Assembly: GCF_032116555.1 (NCBI RefSeq)
Contig: NZ_CP134949.1
Location: forward strand, 1,302,001 to 1,366,000
Reading direction: 5' to 3'
Source: Halorarum halobium
Lineage (GTDB): Archaea; Halobacteriota; Halobacteria; Halobacteriales; Haloferacaceae
Length of the DNA: 64,000 nt
A program made the translations under genes and the position numbers. Positions 1-11,704 of this stretch are shown here, piece after piece. The notes under the pieces are model-generated. The model searched no databases. It saw only the letters and a program-made list of their open reading frames with translations, and was not told where the DNA came from. The stretch's first letter is position 1. Each line of letters starts with the position of its first letter.

Positions 1-1059
1 CTGCACGTCGTGGGCGACCGCCTGCTCGCCGACCGAGATGACCGTCCCCTTGTCGTCGTGTTGCCACGAGCGGAGCGGCGCGCCGCGGACCGCGCGCGCG
101 AGGTTCTCGCCCGCGACCTCGGCGGCCTGCCAGGCGGCCTGCGCGGTCGGCGGTGCCACGTCGTCGTCGCCCTGGTCGATCAGCGCGCTGTCGCCGATGG
201 CGAACACGCGGTCGTCGCTCGTCTCGAAGGTGGACTCGGCGAACACGCGGTTCGAGCGCTCGTCCTTCTCCAGGTCGACCTCGGTGATCTCCTCCTGGCC
301 GGTGATGCCGCCGGTCCACAGGAGGATGTCGTAGGGAAGCTCCTCTGGCTCCTCGTCCTCGCCGCCGCCCAGATAGGCCGCGTCCTCGTCGACCTTGGAG
401 ATGAAGTCGCCGGTGAGGATGTCGATGTCCTTCCCGAGCAGGCGCTTGCGGAGGGCTCCCTGCACCTCGGGATCGTTGCCCGGGAACACCTCGTCGAGCC
501 CCTCGACGAGCGAGATGTCGATCGGCGAGCGCGTCGCGTCGCGGTACTCGGCGATCTCGCCGGCCGCCTGGATGCCCGAGAGCCCCGCGCCGCCGACGAG
601 CACCGTCGCCGGATCCATCTCGGTCGCGTCCTCGGCTGCCGTCTCGAGTTCCCGGTGGATCTCTCGGGCGTCGTCGAGCCCCTTCAGCGTGAGCGAGTGT
701 TCGCGGAGCCCGTCGATGCCGTAGAACGCCGTCGCCGAGCCGACCCCGACCAGCAGGTAGTCGTAGTCGATATCGGCGCCGTCCTCGGTCTCGACCGTGC
801 GCTCGTCGGTGTCGACGTCGGTGACGCGCCCCTTGCGGAACTCGGTCGAGTCGTCCTTGATCTCCTCGACGGGGATCGCGACCTTCGACTCCACCGACGG
901 GTCGCGGATGCAGCGGTGGACCTCGTGGAGCACGAGGTGGTAGTCGTGCTCGGAGACCCACGTCAGCGTCGCCTCACCGGGTTCGATCTCCTCCTCGAAC
1001 GCCTTCACAGCGCCTGCACCGGCGTAGCCCGAGCCGATGACGACGACGTTCGTACTCAT
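1..1059 (-). CDS. NAD(P)/FAD-dependent oxidoreductase, type II NADH dehydrogenase-like (3' end runs off the window)
   Basis: Not in the ORF track; manual minus-strand translation from ATG at 1059 gives MSTNVVVIGSGYAGAGAV (GxGxxG), YDYLLVGVGS, a second Rossmann motif VLVGGAGLSGIQAAGEIAE, and LLWTGG. Confidence 0.85.
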   Translation of the reverse strand, partial: MSTNVVVIGSGYAGAGAVKAFEEEIEPGEATLTWVSEHDYHLVLHEVHRCIRDPSVESKVAIPVEEIKDDSTEFRKGRVTDVDTDERTVETEDGADIDYDYLLVGVGSATAFYGIDGLREHSLTLKGLDDAREIHRELETAAEDATEMDPATVLVGGAGLSGIQAAGEIAEYRDATRSPIDISLVEGLDEVFPGNDPEVQGALRKRLLGKDIDILTGDFISKVDEDAAYLGGGEDEEPEELPYDILLWTGGITGQEEITEVDLEKDERSNRVFAESTFETSDDRVFAIGDSALIDQGDDDVAPPTAQAAWQAAEVAGENLARAVRGAPLRSWQHDDKGTVISVGEQAVAHDVQ

Positions 1060-1252
1060 GGCCGGCGATTTCGAGTCCTGGAATAAATGGGTATTGAAAC
1101 GGCCTCCAACGTGCAACGTTGCCGTGACCGGTTCTCCTATCCGGTTCGGCCGGATTCGGGCATCGCCGTGTGGGGCCGTGTCGAGCGAACCGGTCGCAGT
1201 TCGTCGGTGACGCCCCGAACGCGGGACCACCCCTGCCGGGGTGTCGTGCCGG

Positions 1253-2074
1253 CTACTCCAGCGAGAGGCCCGCGTGCCAGCGGTCGACGCCGGCCTCGGC
1301 TTTCACCCGGTCCATCCGCGCGAGCAACGCGGCCGCGAGGCTCGCACACTCGACGGCGCGCGACTCGCCCTCGGTTCTGAACTCGCCGGTGATCCGGTTC
1401 GCGTACACCGTACAGACGGCACCGGCCCGGAGGCCGTACACGTTCGCGATGGTCATGATCGCCGACGCCTCCATCTCGATGTTCTTCACGTTCGCCTCGC
1501 GGAGCTCCTCGACGAGCGAGTCCGCGCCGGCGGCCTCGAACCCCTCGAACCCGGGTCGACCCTGCCCGGCATAGAAGGAGTCGGCCGACATCGTGAGGCC
1601 GACGTGGTAGTCGTACCCGAGCCGCTCGGCGGCGGCGACGAGCGCCGAGACGACCTCGTGGTCGGCGCTCGCTGGGTAGTCCTCCCGGACGTACTCCTTG
1701 CTCGTCCCTTCCTGCCGGACGCCCCCCGAGGTGATGACGAGATCGCCGACGTCCATCCCCTCCTGGATCGCCCCGCAGGAGCCGACCCGGATGAACGTGT
1801 CGACGCCGACCCGCGCGAGCTCCTCGACCGCGATGGCCGCCGAGGGAGAGCCGATGCCGGTCGAGGTGACCGAGAGCGCCTCGTCGTCGTACGTGCCCGT
1901 GGCGGTGCGGTACTCGCGATGCTGGCCGACCTCGACGTGGTCGTCCCAGACCGCCGTCACCTTGTCCACGCGCTCGGGATTGCCCGGAAGCAGAACCGTG
2001 TCCGCCATGTCGTCGGACCCGACTTCGACGTGGTACTGCACGTCATCGTTGGGATCCTCGCTCGCGTCGGTCAT
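1253..2074 (-). CDS. udp: Uridine/nucleoside phosphorylase
   Basis: Motifs VLLPGNPERV, STGIGSPSAAIAVEEL, IRVGSCG, NIEMEAS; close to cdd. Confidence 0.92.
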   Translation of the reverse strand: MTDASEDPNDDVQYHVEVGSDDMADTVLLPGNPERVDKVTAVWDDHVEVGQHREYRTATGTYDDEALSVTSTGIGSPSAAIAVEELARVGVDTFIRVGSCGAIQEGMDVGDLVITSGGVRQEGTSKEYVREDYPASADHEVVSALVAAAERLGYDYHVGLTMSADSFYAGQGRPGFEGFEAAGADSLVEELREANVKNIEMEASAIMTIANVYGLRAGAVCTVYANRITGEFRTEGESRAVECASLAAALLARMDRVKAEAGVDRWHAGLSLE

Positions 2075-2220
2075 GCCACGTGGATTCGGCGAGGCCGGTG
2101 TTAGTCCTTCCGCGTTCCGTGCGTCGTGCCCCCCTCGGCGTCGGGAATCACGCCCGAGTCGGGTCGGGACGCGGGGACGACCGCCCCCGTGTTTAAGCGA
2201 TTCCCGCGAGATACGCGTCC

Positions 2221-2850
2221 ATGAGCAGCGCGCCCGACCCGGGACTCGTCCCGGAGAACCCGGCCGCCGCGTACGGCTTCGACGCCGCCTACCGCGGCGC
2301 GCCGCCGAACTGGGACATCGGCCGTCCCCAGCGGGCGTTCGTTCACCTCGAGGAGACCGGACGGATCGGCCGGCGCGTGCTGGAGGTCGGCTGTGGAACC
2401 GGCGAACTGTCGCTGTATCTCGCCCGCCACGGCCACGACGTGTTGGGGATCGATTTCGCGCCGAGCGCCATCGCGCAGGCCCGGAGCAAGGCGCGCTGGC
2501 GACGCGTTCCCGCCCACTTTCTCGTCTGGGACGCGCTGAAGCTCCCCGAACTCGGCGTCCGCGTCGACACCGTGCTCGACTCGGCGATGCTCCACTGTCT
2601 CGGCGAGGCCGAACAGGCGCGGTTCGTCGACGGGCTGGCGAGCGTCCTCGATCCGGGCGGGAGCTACTTCCTGCTGTGTGACGTGAAGCCGGAGGGTGCG
2701 AGCTACTTCCACGGGGCGTCGCTCTCGCGCTCGGAGATCGAACGGCTGTTCGCCGGCCCGGAGTGGGAACTCGAGTCCGTCTCCGAGACGGTGTTCGAAC
2801 GCCGGGCGTCCCACAACCCGGCGTACCTCGTCGGCGTCACGCGAACGTGA
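2221..2850 (+). CDS. Class I SAM-dependent methyltransferase
   Basis: WDIGRPQ and VLEVGCGTG (motif I), GIDFAPSAI, DSAMLHC. Confidence 0.88.
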   Translation: MSSAPDPGLVPENPAAAYGFDAAYRGAPPNWDIGRPQRAFVHLEETGRIGRRVLEVGCGTGELSLYLARHGHDVLGIDFAPSAIAQARSKARWRRVPAHFLVWDALKLPELGVRVDTVLDSAMLHCLGEAEQARFVDGLASVLDPGGSYFLLCDVKPEGASYFHGASLSRSEIERLFAGPEWELESVSETVFERRASHNPAYLVGVTRT

Positions 2851-2877
2851 GCCGCTTTCGCCCGACGGTCGCGGAAC

Positions 2878-3330
2878 TCAGTCGTCGCCCTCGCGGGCCG
2901 CCTCGGCGTCCTCCAGCGTCTCCAGGCTGATGGTGTTCGGGAGGAGTTCGCCGAGCGTGTAGCTGGCGACGTCGTCCCCCTCGTCACAGACCACCTCCGT
3001 GTCGCCCGCGCAAAACTCCGCGAGCGTCTGCCGGCACATCCCGCAGGGCGTGACGCCGTCCCGGGCCGCGGAGGCGACGGCGACGCGTTCGAACGAGTCG
3101 TGGCCGTTCTTCACCGCCTCGCCGATGGCGACTTCCTCGGCGTGCAGCGAGTTGGAGTAGTTCGCGTTCTCGACGTTGCAGCCGACGAAGACGGAGCCGT
3201 CGGTGGTCCGGACGGCCGCGCCGACCGGGTACTCCGAGTACGGGACGTAGGCGTCTGCGAACGCTTCGCGGGCCCTGACGAGCAGCGGGTCATCGGTCGG
3301 GTCGGCGCCGCCGTCGGTGGCGTCGGTCAT
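2878..3330 (-). CDS. cdd: Cytidine deaminase
   Basis: AYVPYSEYPVGAA, GCNVENANYSNSLHAE, PCGMCRQ zinc motif; start moved to MTDATD at 3330 (3348 is an alternative). Confidence 0.93.
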   Translation of the reverse strand: MTDATDGGADPTDDPLLVRAREAFADAYVPYSEYPVGAAVRTTDGSVFVGCNVENANYSNSLHAEEVAIGEAVKNGHDSFERVAVASAARDGVTPCGMCRQTLAEFCAGDTEVVCDEGDDVASYTLGELLPNTISLETLEDAEAAREGDD

Positions 3331-3402
3331 GGGTGTGGTAGGCTCCATGGCCGGCCACATAAATCCCGACAGACCCTTGGCGGGGGCGGTCGAAGGTCGG
3401 CC

Positions 3403-3687
3403 GTGCACAGCCAGGACGCCCGGCACGACGGCGAGGTCGCGGCCGGCGGGGACGGACGGCGGTACCTCGTCGGTGCAGGCGCCGCGGTGACGCTGTTCGC
3501 CGCGACCGCGGGGTTCCTGCTCGCCGCCAACAACGCCGTCAACGGGGTGACGGTGTTCGGGACGGTTCACGTCCCGGGCACGCCGGCGGCGATGGCGCTC
3601 TACGGCGCGCTCCTCTCGGTACTGCTCCTGCTCGCCCTGTTCTCGCTGGTCTCGCTCGCGTCCCGCTACGACGAGGACGCCACGTAA
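3403..3687 (+). CDS. Small two-TM haloarchaeal membrane protein
   Basis: GTG start; two hydrophobic segments ending in ASRYDEDAT. Confidence 0.65.
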   Translation: MHSQDARHDGEVAAGGDGRRYLVGAGAAVTLFAATAGFLLAANNAVNGVTVFGTVHVPGTPAAMALYGALLSVLLLLALFSLVSLASRYDEDAT

Positions 3688-3745
3688 CCCGGACCGGGCG
3701 GTCCGAGAGCGGATTGCTTTTGTGCCGTCACGGCCCAGTGGGAAC

Positions 3746-4018
3746 ATGGCAACGACGCCGGAGACCGACGGCGACGTCGCCGCGGGCACGGCCGACCCGG
3801 ACGGCGCAGGCGAGGGCGACGGCACCGAGGGCCGGACCCGCAAACGCGGCGTCCTCGCCACGCTGCCGTTCCTCGCCATCGGCATCGCGGACGTCATCCT
3901 GCTGCTGGAGGTCGGCCTGGAACCGCTCTGGGGCTTTGCTATCCTGCCGCCGATCCTCTTCTGTTCGGTGCTGGCCTACCTGGTGTTCTCCACGGACTTC
4001 CTCGAGGACCGCACCTGA
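3746..4018 (+). CDS. Small membrane protein
   Basis: Acidic N-terminus followed by two hydrophobic helices (LPFLAIGIADVILLL; WGFAILPPILFCSVLAYLVF). Confidence 0.7.
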   Translation: MATTPETDGDVAAGTADPDGAGEGDGTEGRTRKRGVLATLPFLAIGIADVILLLEVGLEPLWGFAILPPILFCSVLAYLVFSTDFLEDRT

Positions 4019-4092
4019 GCGTCGACGTCGCTGGCGACGATGCCGTTCGCAGACGTTCACGGCCGCCCTCCCGACGCGACTCGATCCGCGGG

Positions 4093-4677
4093 TCACCCGC
4101 CGGTGTCGTACTTGTAGGTCGCCTCGTCCGGGTCGATGCCGAAGTCCTCGGCCGTGTCCTCGGGTTCGGGGGCCGGCTCGTCCGCCATCGGCTTCGCGTT
4201 CTTGAACGCCTCCCTGAGTTCGCCCGGCACGGCGAACGACTCGCGTTTGAGCACGAGCGGTACGGCTTCGGCCTGTTGCTCGCGGACGGTCCCGAGCCGC
4301 TCCCGCATCGGTTCGGGGAGCGCGGACTCCTCGACCGCTTCGAAGCCGAACTGGGTCAGGTAGTCCGCGGTCTCGGTGAAACAGTAGACGACGTCGAAGC
4401 CGTCGTCGCCGGCTTCGTCGACGAGCCGTTCGAGGATGTGTGCGCCGACGCCCTGACCGCGCCAGGCGGGCAACACGCCGATGCTCGTCAGCTCACAGAA
4501 GTCGCCCCCGTCGGTCTTGTGGAGCCGGAACCGCCCGAACCCCGCGCGGTCGTTGCGTCCCTCCTCGACCGCGATGACGTAGTCACGGGACCGGAACGAG
4601 CCCTCGTCCAACCCCATCTCCTCGATGTGGTCGAGCAGCCAGACCTCGTCCCGGTTCCTGGCATCACGGACGTACAT
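4093..4677 (-). CDS. GNAT family N-acetyltransferase
   Basis: Acetyl-CoA motif IGVLPAWRGQGVG and YLTQFGF; start MYVRDA at 4677. Confidence 0.88.
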   Translation of the reverse strand: MYVRDARNRDEVWLLDHIEEMGLDEGSFRSRDYVIAVEEGRNDRAGFGRFRLHKTDGGDFCELTSIGVLPAWRGQGVGAHILERLVDEAGDDGFDVVYCFTETADYLTQFGFEAVEESALPEPMRERLGTVREQQAEAVPLVLKRESFAVPGELREAFKNAKPMADEPAPEPEDTAEDFGIDPDEATYKYDTGG

Positions 4678-4843
4678 AACTGACTCTACGCGGCGGGGTG
4701 GAAAATCGTTTTGGCGAGGTGGGGGACGGCCCCCGTCACCAACGGCGCGCCGTTCGGTCGCCGCCATCTCACCGTCGCTCCATCAGGCCGTCATCGGCCC
4801 CCGCCGCGCGCGGGCCGTCGTCGACCCGGCTACTCCCGAACCC

Positions 4844-5626
4844 TCACCGCGCCGTCCACCCGCCGTCGACGGAGAGACACGTACCGGTGACGTAGGCCGC
4901 AGCCTCGGAGGCCAGAAACACGACGGGGCCGGCGACCTCCGCCGGCTCCGCGAACCGTCCCATCGGGGTCCGGTCGAGGACGGACCGACGCAACTCGTCG
5001 TTCTCCGCGATGCCCGCAGTCAGGTCGGTCAGCACGTACCCCGGCGCGACGGCGTTCACCCGGACGTCGGGCGCCCAGGACAGCGCCATGCTCTTGGTCA
5101 CGCCGACGAGGCCGTGCTTCGAGGCGACGTACGGGTGCTGGCGCGGGAGGCCGACCAGCCCCCCGACGCTGGCGACGTTCACCAGCGACCCGCCGCCGTC
5201 GGCCCGGAGCGCAGGCGCCGCCGCGCGGGCACACCGCAGCGCCCCCTCCAGGTTCACGTCGAGGACGGTCCGGGTGCCCTCCTCGGTCGTTTCCTCCGGC
5301 GTCCCGAGCGCGCCGCGCGGGTTCACCCCGGCGTTGTTGACGACGACGTCGAGCCGGCCGAACTCGGACTCGACGGCGTCGAACAGGTCCATCACCGCGT
5401 CCGCGTCGGTCACGTCGGTCGGGCGGACGAGCGAGTTCACGCCCTCGGCCTCGACGGCCGCGGCGGCGTCCTCGACGTCCTCGCGCGTTCTGGAGGTCGG
5501 CACCACGTCGGCGCCGGCGCGGGCCAGGCCCAGCGCGATGGCCCGTCCGATGCCGCGCGTCCCGCCGGTCACGACCGCGGTTCGTCCGGAGAGGTCGAAG
5601 CTGGCGTCCGGGTCGAACTCGTCCAT
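4844..5626 (-). CDS. SDR family NAD(P)-dependent oxidoreductase
   Basis: TGGTRGIG, NNAG, YVASKHG (YxxxK), VNAVAPG; start MDEFDP at 5626. Confidence 0.93.
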   Translation of the reverse strand: MDEFDPDASFDLSGRTAVVTGGTRGIGRAIALGLARAGADVVPTSRTREDVEDAAAAVEAEGVNSLVRPTDVTDADAVMDLFDAVESEFGRLDVVVNNAGVNPRGALGTPEETTEEGTRTVLDVNLEGALRCARAAAPALRADGGGSLVNVASVGGLVGLPRQHPYVASKHGLVGVTKSMALSWAPDVRVNAVAPGYVLTDLTAGIAENDELRRSVLDRTPMGRFAEPAEVAGPVVFLASEAAAYVTGTCLSVDGGWTAR

Positions 5627-5702
5627 GCCGGGTGGTGTGTGGGGGCGTGACTTACTCCTTGTCGTCGTAGGTTGGTTGTTCGATTGTCTTCGATCAGTGG
5701 AC

Positions 5703-5965
5703 GGTGGGAACGGTACGATCTCGAAAGCCCCCACGGCGCTGGACTCGGCCGGCCGGCTGCGCTCCTCGCTCGCTTGCGCTCGCTGCGGTGCTTGACCGGC
5801 CGGCCGTCGTCCAGCACCGTGGCCCCTTTCAGTCCCACCCACCGCACCGCTCCGCACCTCACCCTCCCCAGCCTCTTGCGCTCCTCGCGCTCCCCTGTGG
5901 CTCGCGCTCCGGTGCTCATCCCTCGCGCGAGTTGACCGCCCACGAGGGACGGCCGCCGCGCGCCA
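5703..5965. repeat. Modular palindromic intergenic repeat (copy 1, most complete)
   Basis: Long inverted repeat GAAAG..CCACGGCGCTGGAC..CGGCCGGCCGG / CCGGCCGGCCG..GTCCAGCACCGTGG..CTTTC; segments are shared with 16315-16440 and 26041-26060. Confidence 0.8.
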
Positions 5966-5998
5966 TCCGGCTCCGTCCCAGCACGCACGGGAGAGTCC

Positions 5999-7609
<1,611 letters not shown>

Positions 7610-7743
7610 GGTCGAACCGTGTTCCGTGGTGGCAAATGCCTTTCCACGAACCAGTGGGGGAACGGAGTCGAAGGGGCGGCTCCGCCGGCGCTCGGCGGAC
7701 ACCCGCAAACCTACTTACCCCCACGCGAGAACCGTCCGACGAG

Positions 7744-9798
7744 ATGGCGCCCACGGAGATCGACACGGACGCGGTGGTCCACGAACCGGACGAGGCGGTC
7801 GCCGAGGCCACGAACGTCCGCCAGTTCATGCGGGAGTACGGCATCGAGGACTACGAGACCCTCATCCAGCGGACCTGCACTGACGTCCCGGGCGAACCCG
7901 AGTCGGGCGTCGACTGGTTCTGGGACGAGCTCGTCGAGTACCTCGGCATCGAGTTCTACGAGCCGTACGACGAGGTGAGAGACGACGCGGACGGCCCGCA
8001 GTTCACCGACTGGTACCCCGGCGGCGAACTCAACCTCGCGCACAACGTCCTCGACCGCCACGCAGCGCCCGACTCCCCGAACAGGAACTCGGTCGCGTGC
8101 ATCTGGGAGGGCGAACCCGGGGACGAGCGCCACGTCACCTACCACGACCTCCACCGGCAGGCGAACAGGGTGGCGAACTACCTCGAGTCGGTCGGCGTCG
8201 GGACCGGCGACACGGTGGGGCTCTACATGGCGATGGTGCCCGAGGTAATCTCCATCCTCTACGGCTGTTTCAAGGTCGGCGCGATCGCGGTCCCCATCTT
8301 CTCCGGGTTCGGCACCGAGGCGACGGCGACCCGCATCGACGACTCGGAATGCAGGGTGCTGTTCACCGGCGACGGCTTCTACCGCCGCGGGAGCGAGGTG
8401 GTCCTGAAGGACACGGCCGACGCGGCCATCGCGGAGGCGGGTCACGTCGAGCACACGGTCGTCTACGATCGGTTCGGCACCCGCGAGTCGGCCGACGGTA
8501 ACGCGGCCGGCGGTAACGCGACCGACGGCGGTACGATCGACATCCCGTGGAACGACGAGCGGGACGAGTGGTGGGAGGACGCCGTCGAGTCACGGTCCCG
8601 CGAGTACGACACCAAGTCGCTCCCGTCGGACCAGGAGTCGATGCTGCTGTACTCCTCGGGGACGACGGGGACCCCGAAGGGAATCGTCCACACGCACGCC
8701 GGCGTCCAGACCCAGTGTGCCAAGGAGATCTACTTCGGCTTCGACCACCAGCCCGAGGACCGGTTCTTCTGGGTCTCGGACGTCGGCTGGATGATGGGCC
8801 CGTGGACGCTCATCGGCAACCACACGCTGGGCGGCACCGTCTTCATGTACGAGGGCGCGCCGGACCACCCCGGCCCGGACCGCTTCTGGGACATGATCGA
8901 ACGCCACGGGCTGACGACGTTCGGCATCTCGCCGACGGCGATCCGCGCGCTCCGCAAGCACGGCGACGAACACGTCCACGAGCACGACCTGTCGAGCCTC
9001 CGCCTGCTCGGGTCGACCGGCGAGCCTTGGGACCCCGAGAGCTGGATGTGGTTCTACGAGAACGTGGGCGGCGGCGAGTGCCCGATCATCAACATCTCGG
9101 GCGGCACGGAGATCTGCGGCTGCTTCCTCATGCCGATGCCCGACCAGCCGCTGAAACCCTGCACGCTCGGCGGGCCGGGGCTGGGGATGGACGTCGACAT
9201 CGTCGACGTCGAGGGCGACTCAATCGCCGACTCCCACGAGCGGGGGTACCTCGTCGCGCGCGACTCCTGTCCGTCGATGACCAAGAGCCTCTGGTCGGGC
9301 GACGAGCGCTACCTCGAGGAGTACTGGTCCACGTTCCGCGACCCGCCGCTGTGGAACCACGGCGACTGGGCCCAGAAGGACGAGGACGGCTTCTGGTTCC
9401 TCCACGGCCGCGCCGACGACGCGCTCAACGTCGCGGGGCGGAAGATCGGGCCGGCCGAGATCGAGGGGGTGCTCATCGACCACGACGCCGTGAACCAGGC
9501 CGCCGCTGTCGGCGTCCCCGACGAGACGACCGGAACCGCCGTCGTCGCCTACGTCGTGCTGGAGGACGGCGTCGACCCGAGCGACGACCTCCGCGCGGAA
9601 CTCACGACGCTCGTCGGCGAGGAGCACGGCAAGCCGTTCCGGCCGCGCGAACTGCTGTTCGTCGAGGAGTTCCCCAAGACGCAGTCGGGCAAGATCATCC
9701 GCCGCGCCATCTCGGCGGTCCACGAGAACGAGGACCCCGGCGACCTCTCCTCGATGGAGAACCCCGAGTCGCTCGAGAAGCTCCGGTCGGCGAGGTGA
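7744..9798 (+). CDS. Acetyl-CoA synthetase-like AMP-forming acyl-CoA ligase
   Basis: WYPGGELNLAHNVLDRH, YSSGTTGTPKG, GSTGEP, GRADDALNVAG, PKTQSGKIIRR; start MAPTEI at 7744. Confidence 0.93.
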   Translation: MAPTEIDTDAVVHEPDEAVAEATNVRQFMREYGIEDYETLIQRTCTDVPGEPESGVDWFWDELVEYLGIEFYEPYDEVRDDADGPQFTDWYPGGELNLAHNVLDRHAAPDSPNRNSVACIWEGEPGDERHVTYHDLHRQANRVANYLESVGVGTGDTVGLYMAMVPEVISILYGCFKVGAIAVPIFSGFGTEATATRIDDSECRVLFTGDGFYRRGSEVVLKDTADAAIAEAGHVEHTVVYDRFGTRESADGNAAGGNATDGGTIDIPWNDERDEWWEDAVESRSREYDTKSLPSDQESMLLYSSGTTGTPKGIVHTHAGVQTQCAKEIYFGFDHQPEDRFFWVSDVGWMMGPWTLIGNHTLGGTVFMYEGAPDHPGPDRFWDMIERHGLTTFGISPTAIRALRKHGDEHVHEHDLSSLRLLGSTGEPWDPESWMWFYENVGGGECPIINISGGTEICGCFLMPMPDQPLKPCTLGGPGLGMDVDIVDVEGDSIADSHERGYLVARDSCPSMTKSLWSGDERYLEEYWSTFRDPPLWNHGDWAQKDEDGFWFLHGRADDALNVAGRKIGPAEIEGVLIDHDAVNQAAAVGVPDETTGTAVVAYVVLEDGVDPSDDLRAELTTLVGEEHGKPFRPRELLFVEEFPKTQSGKIIRRAISAVHENEDPGDLSSMENPESLEKLRSAR

Positions 9799-9834
9799 TC
9801 GCGGAGACGGGCCGGGCCGACGGCGGCGCCCCGG

Positions 9835-10779
9835 CTACTCCTCCTCGCCGGTTCCCGCGACGTACTCGGTCACGTTGCCGAGGTTCATCGCCACGGCCAG
9901 CACGACCGCGATGACGGCGACGATGAACGTCGAGACGGCGTTCATCTTCGGCGCGGTGCCGTACTTGATCATCGAGAACATCGACGTAGTGAGCACGTCG
10001 GCGGTCCCCCGGACGAAGAACGCCCGGATGAAGTCCTCGAACGAGCGGATCCACGCGAACAGGAACCCGGCGCCGACCGCAGGCCCCACGATGGGCAGCG
10101 TGACGTCGCGGAACGTCGCCAGCGGGTCGGCTCCCAGGTCCCGGGCAGCCTCCTCCAGCGACTCGTCGTACGTGTAGAGTCGCGCCGTGACGATCAGCAG
10201 GACGAACGGGAAGCCGTAGACGCTGTGGGTGAGCACGAGCGTCAGGAACCCCGGCGTCAGCCCCAGCAGCGTCCGGAAGTAGATGAGCAGCGCCATCCCG
10301 AGCACGATGCCGGGGATGACCATCGGGAGGATCCCGAACGTCCGGTACAGCTCCTTGTACGGGAAGTCGTACCGGGCGAGCGCGAAGCTCGCCAGCACGC
10401 CCAGCACCGTCGCGATCGACGCGGACAGGGTGGCGATGACGACGCTGTTGAGAAGCGACCGCATCAGCCCCGAGTCGCTGAACGTGGCGGCGTAGTGTGC
10501 CAGCGTCAGCCCCTCGAACGGGAAGATCGTGCTCGCGTTCACGGTGAACGACAGGACGAACATCACCAGCAGCGGGATCCACAGGAACACCAGCAGGCAG
10601 CCCGCGACGGCGTACAGCGCCCACTTCAGGAGCTGATTCCGTCGCTGCCGGCCGAGCAGGAAGCCGCCGTCGTGGCTGCTCGCCCGCTCGCTCGTGGCTC
10701 CGACCGGCCCTTCGGTCGCCTGTCCGGTCCGGGCGCTCGACGTCCCGCCGTCGCTCGCGTCACTCCCCATCTCAGACAC
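9835..10779 (-). CDS. potC: ABC transporter permease (PotC-like)
   Basis: EAA loop LEEAARDLGA; multiple TM segments; last gene of the operon. Confidence 0.88.
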   Translation of the reverse strand: MSEMGSDASDGGTSSARTGQATEGPVGATSERASSHDGGFLLGRQRRNQLLKWALYAVAGCLLVFLWIPLLVMFVLSFTVNASTIFPFEGLTLAHYAATFSDSGLMRSLLNSVVIATLSASIATVLGVLASFALARYDFPYKELYRTFGILPMVIPGIVLGMALLIYFRTLLGLTPGFLTLVLTHSVYGFPFVLLIVTARLYTYDESLEEAARDLGADPLATFRDVTLPIVGPAVGAGFLFAWIRSFEDFIRAFFVRGTADVLTTSMFSMIKYGTAPKMNAVSTFIVAVIAVVLAVAMNLGNVTEYVAGTGEEE

Positions 10780-11701
10780 CCCCGAGCTCTTCGATGCTCA
10801 CGTAGCGGAAGGCGAGCGCGAACGCCACGACGATGGAGACGACGATGAACATCGACGCCGCGCTGCCGTAGCCGATGGCGTACAGCGACTTGATCCGCGC
10901 CTCGATGAGCTGTCCGATCATCTGTACCTTCCCCTGCCCGAGGAACCGGGGGGTGATGAACGCCCCCAGCGACGGGACGAACACGAAGAGGCTGCCGGAG
11001 ATGATTCCCGGCAGCGTCAGCGGGACGATGACGTCGGTCAGCGCCTCCCGTCGGCTCGCCCCGAGGTCGCGCGCGGCCTCGATGAGCGAGAAGTCGAGCC
11101 CGTCCATGCTGGCGTACAGCGACAGCAGCATGTACGGGAAGTACGCGTGCGTGAGCCCCACGATTATCGCCGGGATCCCGAAGTTGAACGCCCCGACCGG
11201 TTCGGAGACCACGCCGAGACGCAGCAACGTGGCGTTGATGACCCCGCTCGGACCGAACATCAGCACCCAGGAGTACGCCCGGACCAGGTACATCGTGAAG
11301 AAGGGCAGCAGGACGAAGAAGATGACCACCTTGAACGTCCGGCCGCCGCTGCGCGCAAGCAGGTACGCCAGCGGGAACGCCAGCGTGAGACAGGCCACCG
11401 TCGTCACGAACGCGATGCCGTACGACAGCAGGAGCGACTGCGCGAACGCGCCGCTCAGGAACGGCCCCTCGCCCGCGAACAGCGACCCGTAGTTCGACAG
11501 CGTCGGCTGCCAGACGATGTCGTATGCGTCGTTGACGGTCAGGAAGCTCACCGTCACCATGAACGTCAGCGGTGCCAGCAACAGCAGCGCGAGCCAGACG
11601 ATGCTGGGGCCGGCCGTGATGCCGAGGCGCGCCCCGTGCGACTGGAACCGCGCCAGCAGCCGCTTTCGTGTGGTTTCCTCCGGGTCCGTTGTCGTCGCCA
11701 T
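10772..11701 (-). CDS. potB: ABC transporter permease (PotB-like)
   Basis: LIEAARDLGAS and VRAYSW motifs; multiple TM segments. Confidence 0.88.
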   Translation of the reverse strand: MATTTDPEETTRKRLLARFQSHGARLGITAGPSIVWLALLLLAPLTFMVTVSFLTVNDAYDIVWQPTLSNYGSLFAGEGPFLSGAFAQSLLLSYGIAFVTTVACLTLAFPLAYLLARSGGRTFKVVIFFVLLPFFTMYLVRAYSWVLMFGPSGVINATLLRLGVVSEPVGAFNFGIPAIIVGLTHAYFPYMLLSLYASMDGLDFSLIEAARDLGASRREALTDVIVPLTLPGIISGSLFVFVPSLGAFITPRFLGQGKVQMIGQLIEARIKSLYAIGYGSAASMFIVVSIVVAFALAFRYVSIEELGGV

Positions 11702-11704
11702 CGA

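Noticed and set aside
10..1086. 358-aa + strand ORF in the track
   Set aside because: Antisense shadow of the minus-strand NDH-2-like gene, which has clear Rossmann motifs.
5703..5965. Repeat region as a CRISPR array or tRNA
   Set aside because: No regularly spaced identical repeats with unique spacers, no cas genes and no cloverleaf.
8496..8520. Short tandem duplication CGGTAACGCG in the acyl-CoA ligase
   Set aside because: In-frame loop insertion (GNAAGGNA); no sign of a separate function.
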